Assembly (NCBI GenBank): GCA_016720075.1
Contig: JADJXW010000006.1
Coordinates: 36,747-100,746, forward strand
Source: Pseudomonadota bacterium
Lineage (GTDB): Bacteria > Pseudomonadota > Gammaproteobacteria > Steroidobacterales > Steroidobacteraceae
DNA length: 64,000 nt
Direction: 5' to 3'
Shown here piece by piece: positions 8,318 through 17,016 of this stretch. Within the stretch, counting starts at the first letter, position 1. Each line of letters starts with the position of its first letter. The position numbers and the translations under genes are program-made. The notes beneath the pieces are model-generated. The model was not told where the DNA came from. It saw nothing but the letters and a program-made list of their open reading frames with translations, and made no database searches.

Positions 8318-9811
8318 ATGAATACCCGAATCACAGCGTCCCAGCTCTACTCCCATCTGGTCTGCCCTCACCGGGTGGCGATGGATGTGGCAGCCGATCC
8401 GGCGCTGCGCGGCGAGGCCAGCGCCTTTGTGCAGCTGCTGTGGGAGCGTGGCGTCGCGCATGAGCGCGAGCTCATCGGCAGCCTGCCCGTGCCGTGCCTC
8501 GATCTGTCGTCACTGTCGGGCGAGGCGAAGGAAGCCGCGACCCGTGAGGCCATCGCCCGTCGCGAGCCGCTGATCTACAGCGCGCGGCTGTCGGTGCACG
8601 AGCTGCTGGGCGAACCCGACCTGCTGCGCTTCGAGTCCGGCGGGTACGTCGCCATCGACATCAAGTCCGGCTCCGGGCGCGAGAGCGCCGATGGCGAGGA
8701 GGAGGGTCGACTGCGCAGGCACTACGGCGTGCAGCTGGCGCTGTACACGGACATCCTCGAGCAGATGGGGCTTGCCGCGGGTCGGTACGGCTACATCCTC
8801 GACGGGCAGTCCATCGAAACCCGCTATGACCTTTCAGAACCACTGGGGCCGCGATCCCCCTGCCTGTGGGATCACTACCTCAAGGCGCGCGCCGCCGTGC
8901 GCGCCACGCTGGCCGCGCCGCAGGCAAGCCTGCCGGCGAACAGCGCGGCCTGCGCGCAATGCGTGTGGCACGAGGCCTGTTTCTCGCGCCTGAAGCGCGA
9001 GCAGGACTTAACTCTGCTGCCGGAGCTCGGCCGTGCAGCGCGCGACGCGCTGCGCGAGGAATTTCCCACGCTGCGCCACCTGGCCGGGGCCGACGTCGAT
9101 GCCTACATCGAGGACGGGCGCACGCCGTTTCCAGGCGTGGGGGCCAAGTCGCTGCGGCGCTTCCAGCGCCGCGCCGCGCTGCTGCTGCAGCCGGAGGCCG
9201 GGCCCTGCCTCACGCGGCCGATGGCCTGGCCCCGGGCAGAGGTTGAGCTGTTCTTCGACATCGAGACCGATCCGCTGCGGCAGCTGTGCTACCTGCATGG
9301 TTTCGTTATCCGCGAAGGCGGCGACATCGCTACCGAGCGCTTCGAGGGAATCTTCGCCAGGGACATCACCGACGAAGCCGAGCGCGAGGCCTTCGCGAAC
9401 GCCATGGTCGTGTTCCGCCGGCATGCCGGCGCGCTGGTGGTGCACTACTCGAAATACGAGCGCACGGAATACCGGCGCCTTGCCGCGCGCTATCCGGAAG
9501 TGGCCACTCAACAGGAAATCGAAGCGCTGTTCCGGCCGCCGCGCGCGCTGGACCTGTACTTCGATGTGGTCAAGCCGGGCAGCGAATGGCCCACGCACGA
9601 TTTCTCCATCAAGAGCCTGGCGAAACACTGCGGGTTCGCGTGGCGCGATGCAGATCCCTCCGGGGCTTCGTCCATCGAGTGGTTCGACCGCTGGGCCCGC
9701 ACACGCGATCCCCGCTTCCGCCAGCGCCTGCTGGCCTACAACGAGGATGACTGCCGGGCCATGCGCGTGGTGATGGACCGGCTGAAGACGCTGCCGGTAA
9801 GGTCCGACTGA
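8318..9811 (+). CDS. RecB-family (TM0106-type) nuclease: Cas4-like PD-(D/E)XK Fe-S domain fused to an RNase H-like exonuclease domain
   Basis: ATG 8318. N-terminal Cys (LVCPHRV) plus CAQCVWHEAC gives a C...CxxCx5C cluster. Nuclease motif EPDLL...YVAIDIKSG. The C-terminal half starts ELFFDIETDP...CYLHGF (DEDD-like). Confidence 0.7.
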   Translation: MNTRITASQLYSHLVCPHRVAMDVAADPALRGEASAFVQLLWERGVAHERELIGSLPVPCLDLSSLSGEAKEAATREAIARREPLIYSARLSVHELLGEPDLLRFESGGYVAIDIKSGSGRESADGEEEGRLRRHYGVQLALYTDILEQMGLAAGRYGYILDGQSIETRYDLSEPLGPRSPCLWDHYLKARAAVRATLAAPQASLPANSAACAQCVWHEACFSRLKREQDLTLLPELGRAARDALREEFPTLRHLAGADVDAYIEDGRTPFPGVGAKSLRRFQRRAALLLQPEAGPCLTRPMAWPRAEVELFFDIETDPLRQLCYLHGFVIREGGDIATERFEGIFARDITDEAEREAFANAMVVFRRHAGALVVHYSKYERTEYRRLAARYPEVATQQEIEALFRPPRALDLYFDVVKPGSEWPTHDFSIKSLAKHCGFAWRDADPSGASSIEWFDRWARTRDPRFRQRLLAYNEDDCRAMRVVMDRLKTLPVRSD

Positions 9812-9878
9812 GGTAAGCCGCCGGCGGCGGCGTCCAGTTCCACAGGCGCACCTCGTGGCGCAGGAACTGGAGCGGATC

Positions 9879-10358
9879 ATGGCAAGTCTGGGTGTAGTGA
9901 AGCGGTTGCTGGTCAGCGCAGCGGTGCTGTGCGGATTGGCCGGGTTTTCGGCAGTGGCCGCGTCTGCGCCCGCGGTGTCTGCACCGGCGCCGGAACTGGC
10001 TGAATACCGCGGCAAACTGGTCTATGTCGATTTCTGGGCGTCCTGGTGCGTGCCCTGTCGCCAGTCCTTCCCGTGGATGAACAGCATGCACCAGCAATAC
10101 GGCAGCAAGGGACTGGTGATACTGGCCGTGAACATGGACCAGGTGCGGACCGAAGCCGACGCCTTCCTGAAGCAGTATCCGGCCGATTTCGCGGTTCGCT
10201 TCGATCCGCAGGGCCAGCTGGCGCAGCAGTTCAAGGTGCGTGGCATGCCCACCAGCGCGCTGGTGGACCGCGACGGCAAGGTGCTGTGGACGCACGAAGG
10301 GTTCCGTTCGAAGGATCCGACCGCGCTCGAGCAGGCGCTGCGCAAGGCGCTGCAGTGA
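9879..10358 (+). CDS. TlpA/ResA-family periplasmic thiol:disulfide oxidoreductase
   Basis: Signal/anchor MASLGVVKRLLVSAAVLCGLAGFSAVAASA. Thioredoxin motif FWASWCVPCRQSFP. ATG 9879 follows GGAG. Confidence 0.85.
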   Translation: MASLGVVKRLLVSAAVLCGLAGFSAVAASAPAVSAPAPELAEYRGKLVYVDFWASWCVPCRQSFPWMNSMHQQYGSKGLVILAVNMDQVRTEADAFLKQYPADFAVRFDPQGQLAQQFKVRGMPTSALVDRDGKVLWTHEGFRSKDPTALEQALRKALQ

Positions 10359-10585
10359 AGTCGCTCCGATACGTTGCCGTCGTTGCGGCGGCTGTGGCGG
10401 TCGCGACGTCTGCCGGCTGTACCACCCTTGGCGTGAAGCCCTGGGAGCGCGACATCCTGGCCCGGCCCGAAATGGCGCTGGATGCCAATCCGATCGACAA
10501 CGCCTTCGACGAGCACATGTATTTCAGCAAGGAATCCACCAGCGGTGGTCGTGGCTTCGGCGGAGGAGGCTGCGGATGCAACTGA
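10355..10585 (+). CDS. DUF4266-like small lipoprotein
   Basis: GTG 10355 overlaps the TlpA stop (GTGA). Lipobox ATSAGC. The protein is 76 aa and ends GGRGFGGGGCGCN. Confidence 0.65.
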   Translation: MKSLRYVAVVAAAVAVATSAGCTTLGVKPWERDILARPEMALDANPIDNAFDEHMYFSKESTSGGRGFGGGGCGCN

Positions 10586-11877
10586 ACGACCGCGGCGCGG
10601 GTGAATCGCTGCGCGCCGGACTCATGGCGGCCACCTGCGCGTTGCTGGCTCCGGTGGCCCGTGCCCAGGCCCCTTCGGACGATCCGACCCAGATTGACAC
10701 CGGGCTGCTCTATTACCAGGAGGATGGCGGACGCGTGCGCAGCATCGGCGCCATCGTGAAGCTCAATCGCGACCTGGGTGACGAGCGCGTGCTGGGCGCG
10801 CAGATCGCGGTGGACAGCCTGACCGGCGGCTCACCCAATGGCGCGGTGGCGCAGAAATCCGTGCAGACCTTCGCCACTCCCTCGGGCAGCTCGCTGACGC
10901 AGACGCCGCGGCGTGGTGACGACGATGATCACGAACAGCTCTACACCATCGCTGCGGGAAGGCAGCCGCTGGACACCTCGTTCCATGACCTGCGCGTGGC
11001 CGGCGACCTGAGCTGGACACAGCCCGTGGGCATCGGCAACAAGCTGTCCGTGGGGGCGCATTTGTCGAAGGAGTACGACTTCATCTCGGCCTCAGCGAAC
11101 GGCATGTTCAGCCACGACTTCAACAACAGGAACACCACGCTGGGAGTGGGCGCCAGCGCCGAGTTCGACCAGGTGAAGGCCGTGGGCGGCACGCCGCTGC
11201 CTGGCACTTCCTATGCGCTGTTCCGCAAGCAGGATGGCGCCGAGAACAAGCGCGTGTATGGCGCGCAGCTCGGCCTCACGCAGGTAATGGCCCGCAACTG
11301 GATCACGCAGCTGAATCTCTCGGTGGACCGTTCCACCGGCTACCTGAACGACCCGTACAAGATCCTGAGCCAGGTCAACGCCGGCGGCGTGACGACGGAC
11401 TACTGGTTCGAGAACCGCCCCGACACGCATACGCGCCGCAGCGCCTACCTGGGCAACAAGCTGGCCCTGGGTCGGTCAGTGCTCGATGTCGCATACCGTT
11501 ACGGCACGGACGACTGGGGCATCGACTCGCACACGGTCACGGCGAAGTATCGTCTGCGCGTGGGCGGCTCTGCCTACATCGAACCGCAGCTTCGCTGGTA
11601 CAGGCAGGGCGCCGCGGATTTCTACAGCCTGTTCCTGACTTCGGCGCCAACGGGGTTCATGTCGGCGGATCCGCGGCTGGCGGCCTTCACCGCGAAGACC
11701 GTGGGGTTGAAGCTCGGCCTGCCGCTGGCTGGTTGGGGAGAAGTGGGACTGCGCCTCGAGGGCTACCAGCAGGATCCGAAAGTCCGCAGCAGTTCGCTGG
11801 CAGGACTATCGGGCCTTGACCTGAACCCGCGCCTCCGCGCCGTGGTGCTGCAGCTGGACTGGCGCTTCGGCTTCTGA
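10576..11877 (+). CDS. DUF3570-like secreted (beta-barrel-like) protein
   Basis: ATG 10576 overlaps the upstream gene by 10 nt. Signal peptide ...CALLAPVARAQA. The 433-aa beta-rich protein ends ...LQLDWRFGF (aromatic C-terminus). Confidence 0.65.
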   Translation: MQLNDRGAGESLRAGLMAATCALLAPVARAQAPSDDPTQIDTGLLYYQEDGGRVRSIGAIVKLNRDLGDERVLGAQIAVDSLTGGSPNGAVAQKSVQTFATPSGSSLTQTPRRGDDDDHEQLYTIAAGRQPLDTSFHDLRVAGDLSWTQPVGIGNKLSVGAHLSKEYDFISASANGMFSHDFNNRNTTLGVGASAEFDQVKAVGGTPLPGTSYALFRKQDGAENKRVYGAQLGLTQVMARNWITQLNLSVDRSTGYLNDPYKILSQVNAGGVTTDYWFENRPDTHTRRSAYLGNKLALGRSVLDVAYRYGTDDWGIDSHTVTAKYRLRVGGSAYIEPQLRWYRQGAADFYSLFLTSAPTGFMSADPRLAAFTAKTVGLKLGLPLAGWGEVGLRLEGYQQDPKVRSSSLAGLSGLDLNPRLRAVVLQLDWRFGF

Positions 11878-11880
11878 CAC

Positions 11881-12780
11881 ATGCTGATGCCCGCGAACGC
11901 CGTGCGGCTGGAAATCCGCGCAGATGGCGTGGCCGCTGCGACGTTTTCCGCGATGGCATCTCCCTGCGAGGTGCTGCTGGCCACGACGGACGAGGGACTG
12001 GCGCGCCAGGTCGGCGAGTCGGTGGCCGCCGAGGCCTGGCGCATCGAGCGCAAGTACAGTCGATATCGCAGTGACAGCGTTGTTCACTCGCTGTGCAACA
12101 GTGGCGGCCGACCGATGGGCCTTGATCCGGAGACGCTGCTGCTGCTGCAGTTCGCATCGCGCTGCCATGAGCTTTCGGGTGGCGCCTTCGACATCACCTC
12201 AGGTGTGCTGCGCCGCGCCTGGAAGTTCGATGCTTCGGGTCGGTTTCCCGCGGCCGAAGAAGTGGCCGCGCTGCGCGAGAGAATCGGCTTCGGGCGCCTG
12301 CAGTTGCAGGGCAATCGGTTGAAGGTGCCGGTGGGCATGGAGCTGGACTTCGGTGGCATCGGCAAGGAATACGCCGTGGACCGCGCGCTGGCGCTGGTGG
12401 TGTCGCATTTCGATGGCGCCGCGCTGGTCAACTTCGGTGGCGACATGGCCGCGAACCGGGCGCCTGACTCAGGGCCCTGGCGAGTGGGCGTGGAGCGGCC
12501 CGGACAGCAGGGTGAAGCGCGGCTGCTGCTGGACTTCGAGCGCGGCGGGCTTGCCACCAGCGGCGACACGCATCGCTTCATCGAGCATGAGGGTCGGCGC
12601 TACAGCCACATCCTGGATGTGCGCACGGGATATCCGGTGGTTGATCCGCCGCACTCGGTGACGGTGGCGGCCAGTTGCTGCCTGGAGGCGGGGATGGTCG
12701 CGACGCTGGCGATGCTGAAGGGCCCGACGGCCGAGGATTTCCTTGCAGAGCAGGGCGTGACGCACTGGTGCCTGCGCTAG
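11881..12780 (+). CDS. apbE: FAD:protein FMN transferase (ApbE family)
   Basis: 299 aa with ApbE blocks: SRYRSDSVVHSLC, GGAFDITSG, MELDFGGIGKEYAVD, VNFGGDM, GLATSGDTHRF, YSHILDVRTG. Confidence 0.85.
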   Translation: MLMPANAVRLEIRADGVAAATFSAMASPCEVLLATTDEGLARQVGESVAAEAWRIERKYSRYRSDSVVHSLCNSGGRPMGLDPETLLLLQFASRCHELSGGAFDITSGVLRRAWKFDASGRFPAAEEVAALRERIGFGRLQLQGNRLKVPVGMELDFGGIGKEYAVDRALALVVSHFDGAALVNFGGDMAANRAPDSGPWRVGVERPGQQGEARLLLDFERGGLATSGDTHRFIEHEGRRYSHILDVRTGYPVVDPPHSVTVAASCCLEAGMVATLAMLKGPTAEDFLAEQGVTHWCLR

Positions 12781-12792
12781 CGCGCAGAAGAC

Positions 12793-12981
12793 TCAGCCGC
12801 CGAGCACCCGCGCCGGCAGCATGAACAGCGCGCGCACCAGCGCGAAGGCGCCATCCACGGCGATGCCCAGCAGTCGGAACGGCAGCAGCACCAGCCAGAT
12901 CAGCGGATAGAGCACCAGCGCCAGCAGGGCCAGGGGCCAGCACAGCACCAGCAGCACGAGCCAGAGCAGAAATTTCAGCAT
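12793..12981 (-). CDS. hypothetical very hydrophobic 62-aa membrane protein
   Basis: ORF with two predicted TM helices (MLKFLLWLVLLVLCWPLALLALVLYPLIWLVLLPF...). No family recognised. Confidence 0.4.
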   Translation of the reverse strand: MLKFLLWLVLLVLCWPLALLALVLYPLIWLVLLPFRLLGIAVDGAFALVRALFMLPARVLGG

Positions 12982-13031
12982 GCCCTTAGCATACGGGCGT
13001 TGGGCGCCTATTCAAGGGCCGCTGAGCTTCC

Positions 13032-13718
13032 ATGCCTAGCATCCTGATTGTCGAGGACGAGATTGCCATTGCAGATACCCTGCTGTTCGCGCTGCAGGGC
13101 GAGGGCTTTGGCGTCCAGCGCGTGGCGCTGGCCCAGGAGGCACTGGCCACGCTGCGTGCCATTCCAATCGACCTGGTGATCCTGGACGTGGGCCTGCCAG
13201 ACATGTCGGGCTTCGAATGCTGCAAGGCGCTGCGGCGCTTTTCCGCTGTCCCGGTGATGTTCCTGACGGCCCGCGCGGAGGAGGTTGACCGCGTGGTCGG
13301 CCTCGAGATCGGTGCCGATGACTATGTGGTCAAGCCGTTCTCGCCCCGCGAAGTGGTCGCGCGTGTGCGTGCCATCCTGAAGCGCTCGCGTTCCGGCGTT
13401 GCGCTTGCGCCGGGCGAGTTCGACGTGGATCTGTCGCGGCTTGCCATCCGCTACCGCGGCCAGCCACTGAAGCTCACGGCGCTGGAGTTCCGGCTGCTGC
13501 AGCAGTTCGCCGGCGCGCCCGAACGCGTGTTCTCGCGCGAGGAACTGCTGGCGTCGGTGGGCGCCGCTACCGACGCTGGCTACGAGCGCAACGTCGACAC
13601 GCATATCAAGTCGCTGCGCGCCAAGCTGCGCGAAATTGCGCCCGAGGCCGAACCCATCCAGACGCACCGTGGATTTGGCTACAGCTACCAGCCCGCCGCG
13701 CGCGGTGCGGTCCGATGA
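13032..13718 (+). CDS. creB: OmpR-family response regulator CreB
   Basis: Receiver domain (ILIVEDE...DLVILDVGLPDMSG...KPF) plus winged-helix output domain. It lies in a creB-creC-...-creD arrangement. Confidence 0.8.
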   Translation: MPSILIVEDEIAIADTLLFALQGEGFGVQRVALAQEALATLRAIPIDLVILDVGLPDMSGFECCKALRRFSAVPVMFLTARAEEVDRVVGLEIGADDYVVKPFSPREVVARVRAILKRSRSGVALAPGEFDVDLSRLAIRYRGQPLKLTALEFRLLQQFAGAPERVFSREELLASVGAATDAGYERNVDTHIKSLRAKLREIAPEAEPIQTHRGFGYSYQPAARGAVR

Positions 13719-15154
13719 AGCCGTGGTCGCTGACACTGCGGCTGTTTGTCGTCGGTGCGGTGCTGGTGGCGGGATTCGGCTGGTTCGCGCTGCGCCAGGT
13801 GCTGGAAGAGATCAAGCCTGCCGTCCGCCAGTCGACTGAAGAGACGCTGGTGGACACAGCCAACCTGCTCGCGGAACTGGTGGCCGGCGATCTGCGCGAC
13901 GGCACACTCGCGCAGGGTGACCTGGCGCGCGTGATGAGCGCCTACGGGCAAAGACGCCCCGGCGCGGATATCTGGGGTATCCGCAAGGATGGCGTCACGC
14001 ACCGCATCACCATCACGGATTCAAGGGGCCTGGTGCTGCTTGATTCGGCCGGCCGCGACGTGGGCGCGGACTATTCGCGCTGGAACGATGTAGCCAGGAC
14101 GCTGCGCGGCCAGTACGGCGCGCGCACCACCGAGGAGATTCCCGGGGATGAGCGCAGCACGGTGATGCACGTGGCGGCACCGGTGCGTGACGGCGAACGC
14201 ATCATCGGTGTGGTCACCGTAGCCAAGCCGAACCGCAGTGTGCAGCCCTTCATCGAGCGCGCGCAGCAGCGCCTGGGCGTGCTCGCAGGCCTTTTCATCA
14301 TTGCCGCGCTGGTCATCGGCGCGCTGCTGTCGTACTGGCTCAGCCGCGCCATCCGCAGGCTCACGGTCTATGCGGACGCCGTGGCTGCCGGCGGTCGACC
14401 GGAGGTGCCGGGGCTGCCCGGCCGCGAACTGACCCAGCTTGCCAGCGCGCTGGACAGCATGCGCTCGCAACTGGAAGGCAAGGCGTATGTGGAGCGGTAT
14501 GTGCAGACGCTGACGCATGAGCTCAAGAGTCCGCTGGCCGCCATTCACGGCGCCTCCGAGCTGCTGCGTGGCGAGCTGCCGCCGGCACAGCGGGCAAGGT
14601 TGCTCGAGAACATCGAAGTCGAAACGGCAAGGCTGCAATCGATGAGCGAGCGGCTGCTGAATCTTGCACAGGTGGAGCAGCGGCGGGCGCTGGATGAGCA
14701 GACGGAAATCGTGCTGCGGCCGCTGGTCGACGAGCTGATCGAGGGCCGCATGCCACAGCTTGAACAGCGCGCGATACAGGCAATCAATGAACTGCCCGCG
14801 TCGGCCGTCGTCCGCGGCGAGCGCTTCCTGGTGCGCCAGGCACTGGCCAACCTGCTCGACAACGCCATGGACTTCACGCCCCGGGGCGCGACGATACGCA
14901 TCGCAACGCAGGGCAACGCGCCGGTCGGCATGATCGCGGTCGATGTTCTCAACCAGGGCGAGCCGATTCCGGACTACGCCCTGCCGCGCGTGACGGAGAG
15001 GTTCTATTCGCTGGCGCGGCCGGGCAGTGGTCGCAAGAGCACCGGACTGGGGCTCAACTTCGTGCAGGAAATGGCGCAACTGCATGGCGGCGCGTTTGCC
15101 ATATCGAACGTCGAGGGTGGGGTTCGCGCCACGCTCACGCTGCCCCGGGCCTGA
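13715..15154 (+). CDS. creC: sensor histidine kinase CreC
   Basis: ATGA overlap with creB. Two TM segments, H-box THELKSPLAAIHG, N/G boxes (NLLDNAMDF, GLGLNFV). At 479 aa it is similar in size to E. coli CreC. Confidence 0.8.
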   Translation: MKPWSLTLRLFVVGAVLVAGFGWFALRQVLEEIKPAVRQSTEETLVDTANLLAELVAGDLRDGTLAQGDLARVMSAYGQRRPGADIWGIRKDGVTHRITITDSRGLVLLDSAGRDVGADYSRWNDVARTLRGQYGARTTEEIPGDERSTVMHVAAPVRDGERIIGVVTVAKPNRSVQPFIERAQQRLGVLAGLFIIAALVIGALLSYWLSRAIRRLTVYADAVAAGGRPEVPGLPGRELTQLASALDSMRSQLEGKAYVERYVQTLTHELKSPLAAIHGASELLRGELPPAQRARLLENIEVETARLQSMSERLLNLAQVEQRRALDEQTEIVLRPLVDELIEGRMPQLEQRAIQAINELPASAVVRGERFLVRQALANLLDNAMDFTPRGATIRIATQGNAPVGMIAVDVLNQGEPIPDYALPRVTERFYSLARPGSGRKSTGLGLNFVQEMAQLHGGAFAISNVEGGVRATLTLPRA

Positions 15155-15170
15155 TCGGCCTTCCGAGACT

Positions 15171-15187
15171 CTCCACGCAATCTCCAC
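15171..15187 (+). promoter_or_regulatory. cre-tag-like direct repeat (cTCCAC-N6-TCCAC), candidate CreB site
   Basis: CTCCACgcaatCTCCAC has 11-bp periodicity. It lies 17 nt after the creC stop and upstream of the membrane ORF and creD. The E. coli cre tag is TTCAC-N6-TTCAC. Confidence 0.4.
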
Positions 15188-15249
15188 ACAGGGCGCCCTT
15201 CGGCCCGCCGATGCTTCCTCCGCGGCACATGCCGCATCGGGAGGACATC

Positions 15250-15663
15250 GTGATAGAGCAGTATTACCGGAAGATGCTATGGGCCGGCGCATACCCGCTG
15301 CTGCTGGCTGCAATGGCAGGGGCAACATGGGTCGACCGCATCCATGCTCATTCCCTTAGAGTTGCGGCCCCCAATGGAGCAAGCATCGTGGCCATGCAGC
15401 AGGTGTCCGACCGGTTGCTGCTGCTCTGCGCGCTGGTGCTGGCGGCCGGATTGCTTTGCGCCTGGCTGCTCTCTGGCGTGGCGCGCTGGCTGGTCGTTGC
15501 CAGTGTTGCAGTGTTCTGTCTCGAGTTCCTGATGCCGGTGATTGCGGCCACGCTGCCGGGCGGAAAGATCTACTTCGCCATGCTCGGGCCGGGGCTGCGG
15601 ATGGGCGTCGTGCTTGTGGCCCTGGCTCTTTCGGTGCTGGCTGCCCGGAAGGCGATCTCATGA
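15250..15663 (+). CDS. hypothetical integral membrane protein, translationally coupled to creD
   Basis: ORF 15211..15663. GTG 15250 has the best RBS (GGGAGGA, 4-nt spacer); ATG alternatives are 15211 and 15274. It has four hydrophobic segments and its stop overlaps the creD start (ATGA). Confidence 0.5.
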   Translation: MIEQYYRKMLWAGAYPLLLAAMAGATWVDRIHAHSLRVAAPNGASIVAMQQVSDRLLLLCALVLAAGLLCAWLLSGVARWLVVASVAVFCLEFLMPVIAATLPGGKIYFAMLGPGLRMGVVLVALALSVLAARKAIS

Positions 15664-17015
15664 GCCGCGCGCTGTTCTTTCGATGCGGCGCGCTGTTCCT
15701 GGTGATCGTGCTGCTGATGCTGCCGCTGATGCGCATCGGCGGGCTGATCCGTGAGCGGCAGGCTGCGCGCGATGCGGTGGTGGAAGACATCGCGCGCAGC
15801 GCGGCGGGCCCGCAGACGCTGACCGGACCGCTGCTGGTCGTCCCCTATACGCGCACCATCCAGGAAACCCAGCTCGATGCCGCGCGGGTGCCCGTGACGG
15901 TGACGCGCGAAGTGGTGGGCGAGTTGCGGCTGCTGCCCGCGCTGGTCGACCTGGGGGCGAAGTTGGCCACCGATGAGCGACGACGCGGCATCTACCGGGC
16001 GCGCGTGTTCGATGCCACCGCCCGCCTCACGGGTCGGTTCGACGTGCCTGCGCACTACGGGATCGAGGCCGCGGATCTGCCCGACTACACGTTCGGCCAG
16101 CCGCGGCTGGTCATCGGCATCAGCGACATCCGCGGCATCGGCAATGCGCTTTCGCTGCAGGCCAATGGCGCGCGCATTGCCTTCGTGCCGGGCACCGGGC
16201 TGCGCATGCTGGGCGCCGGCGTGCAGGCGCCGGTGCAGGTTGCTGACAGCGATGCGCAGCAACCGCTGCAGTTTCAGGTCGATCTCTCGCTGCTCGGCAC
16301 CAGCGACTTCCAGTTCACGCCGGTGGGCCGCGAGACGCATGTGATGCTCAGCTCCGACTGGCCGCATCCGAGCTTCGTCGGCCAGTTCCTGCCGCGCGAG
16401 CGAGAGATAACCAGCGCGGGATTCACCGCCGACTGGCGCACGTCGTTCTTCGCCACCAATCTGGAAGAGGCGTTGATCCGCTGCCCGGCCCAGGCCGATC
16501 CGGCTGCGCCGGACTGCGCGGACTTCACGGGGCGTCACTTCGGCGTGAGCTTCGTCGATCCGGTGGACCAGTACCTGAAGAGCGATCGGGCGGTGAAGTA
16601 TGGCTTTCTCTTCATCCTGCTCACGTTCGCAGGATTCTTCCTGCTCGAGGTGCTGCGACGCTTCAGCGTGCACCCGGTGCAGTACGGCCTGGTGGGCCTG
16701 GCGCTGGCGATGTTCTTCCTGCTGCTGCTGTCATTCTCGGAGCACATCGGGTTCGCCGCCGCCTATGCCGCCTCGGCCCTGGCCTGCGTGGGGCTGATCA
16801 CCTACTACGTGACGCATGTGCTGGGCAGTCGCGCGCATGGCGCGGGATTCGGTGGTGCGCTGGCGGCTCTCTACGGACTGCTGTACGCCATCCTCGGGTC
16901 AGAGGACTACGCGCTGCTTACCGGGTCCGTGCTGGTGTTCGGCCTGCTGGCGCTGGTGATGGTTCTCACCCGGCGTGTGAACTGGTCGGGGGTGGGGGCC
17001 GCGCCGCAGGCCTGA
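15660..17015 (+). CDS. creD: inner membrane protein CreD
   Basis: ATG 15660. N-terminal TM then IRERQAARDAVVEDIARSAAGPQTLTGPLLVVPY, with a C-terminal cluster of TM helices. Size (451 aa) and position after creBC fit CreD. Confidence 0.8.
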   Translation: MSRALFFRCGALFLVIVLLMLPLMRIGGLIRERQAARDAVVEDIARSAAGPQTLTGPLLVVPYTRTIQETQLDAARVPVTVTREVVGELRLLPALVDLGAKLATDERRRGIYRARVFDATARLTGRFDVPAHYGIEAADLPDYTFGQPRLVIGISDIRGIGNALSLQANGARIAFVPGTGLRMLGAGVQAPVQVADSDAQQPLQFQVDLSLLGTSDFQFTPVGRETHVMLSSDWPHPSFVGQFLPREREITSAGFTADWRTSFFATNLEEALIRCPAQADPAAPDCADFTGRHFGVSFVDPVDQYLKSDRAVKYGFLFILLTFAGFFLLEVLRRFSVHPVQYGLVGLALAMFFLLLLSFSEHIGFAAAYAASALACVGLITYYVTHVLGSRAHGAGFGGALAALYGLLYAILGSEDYALLTGSVLVFGLLALVMVLTRRVNWSGVGAAPQA

Positions 17016-17016
17016 G

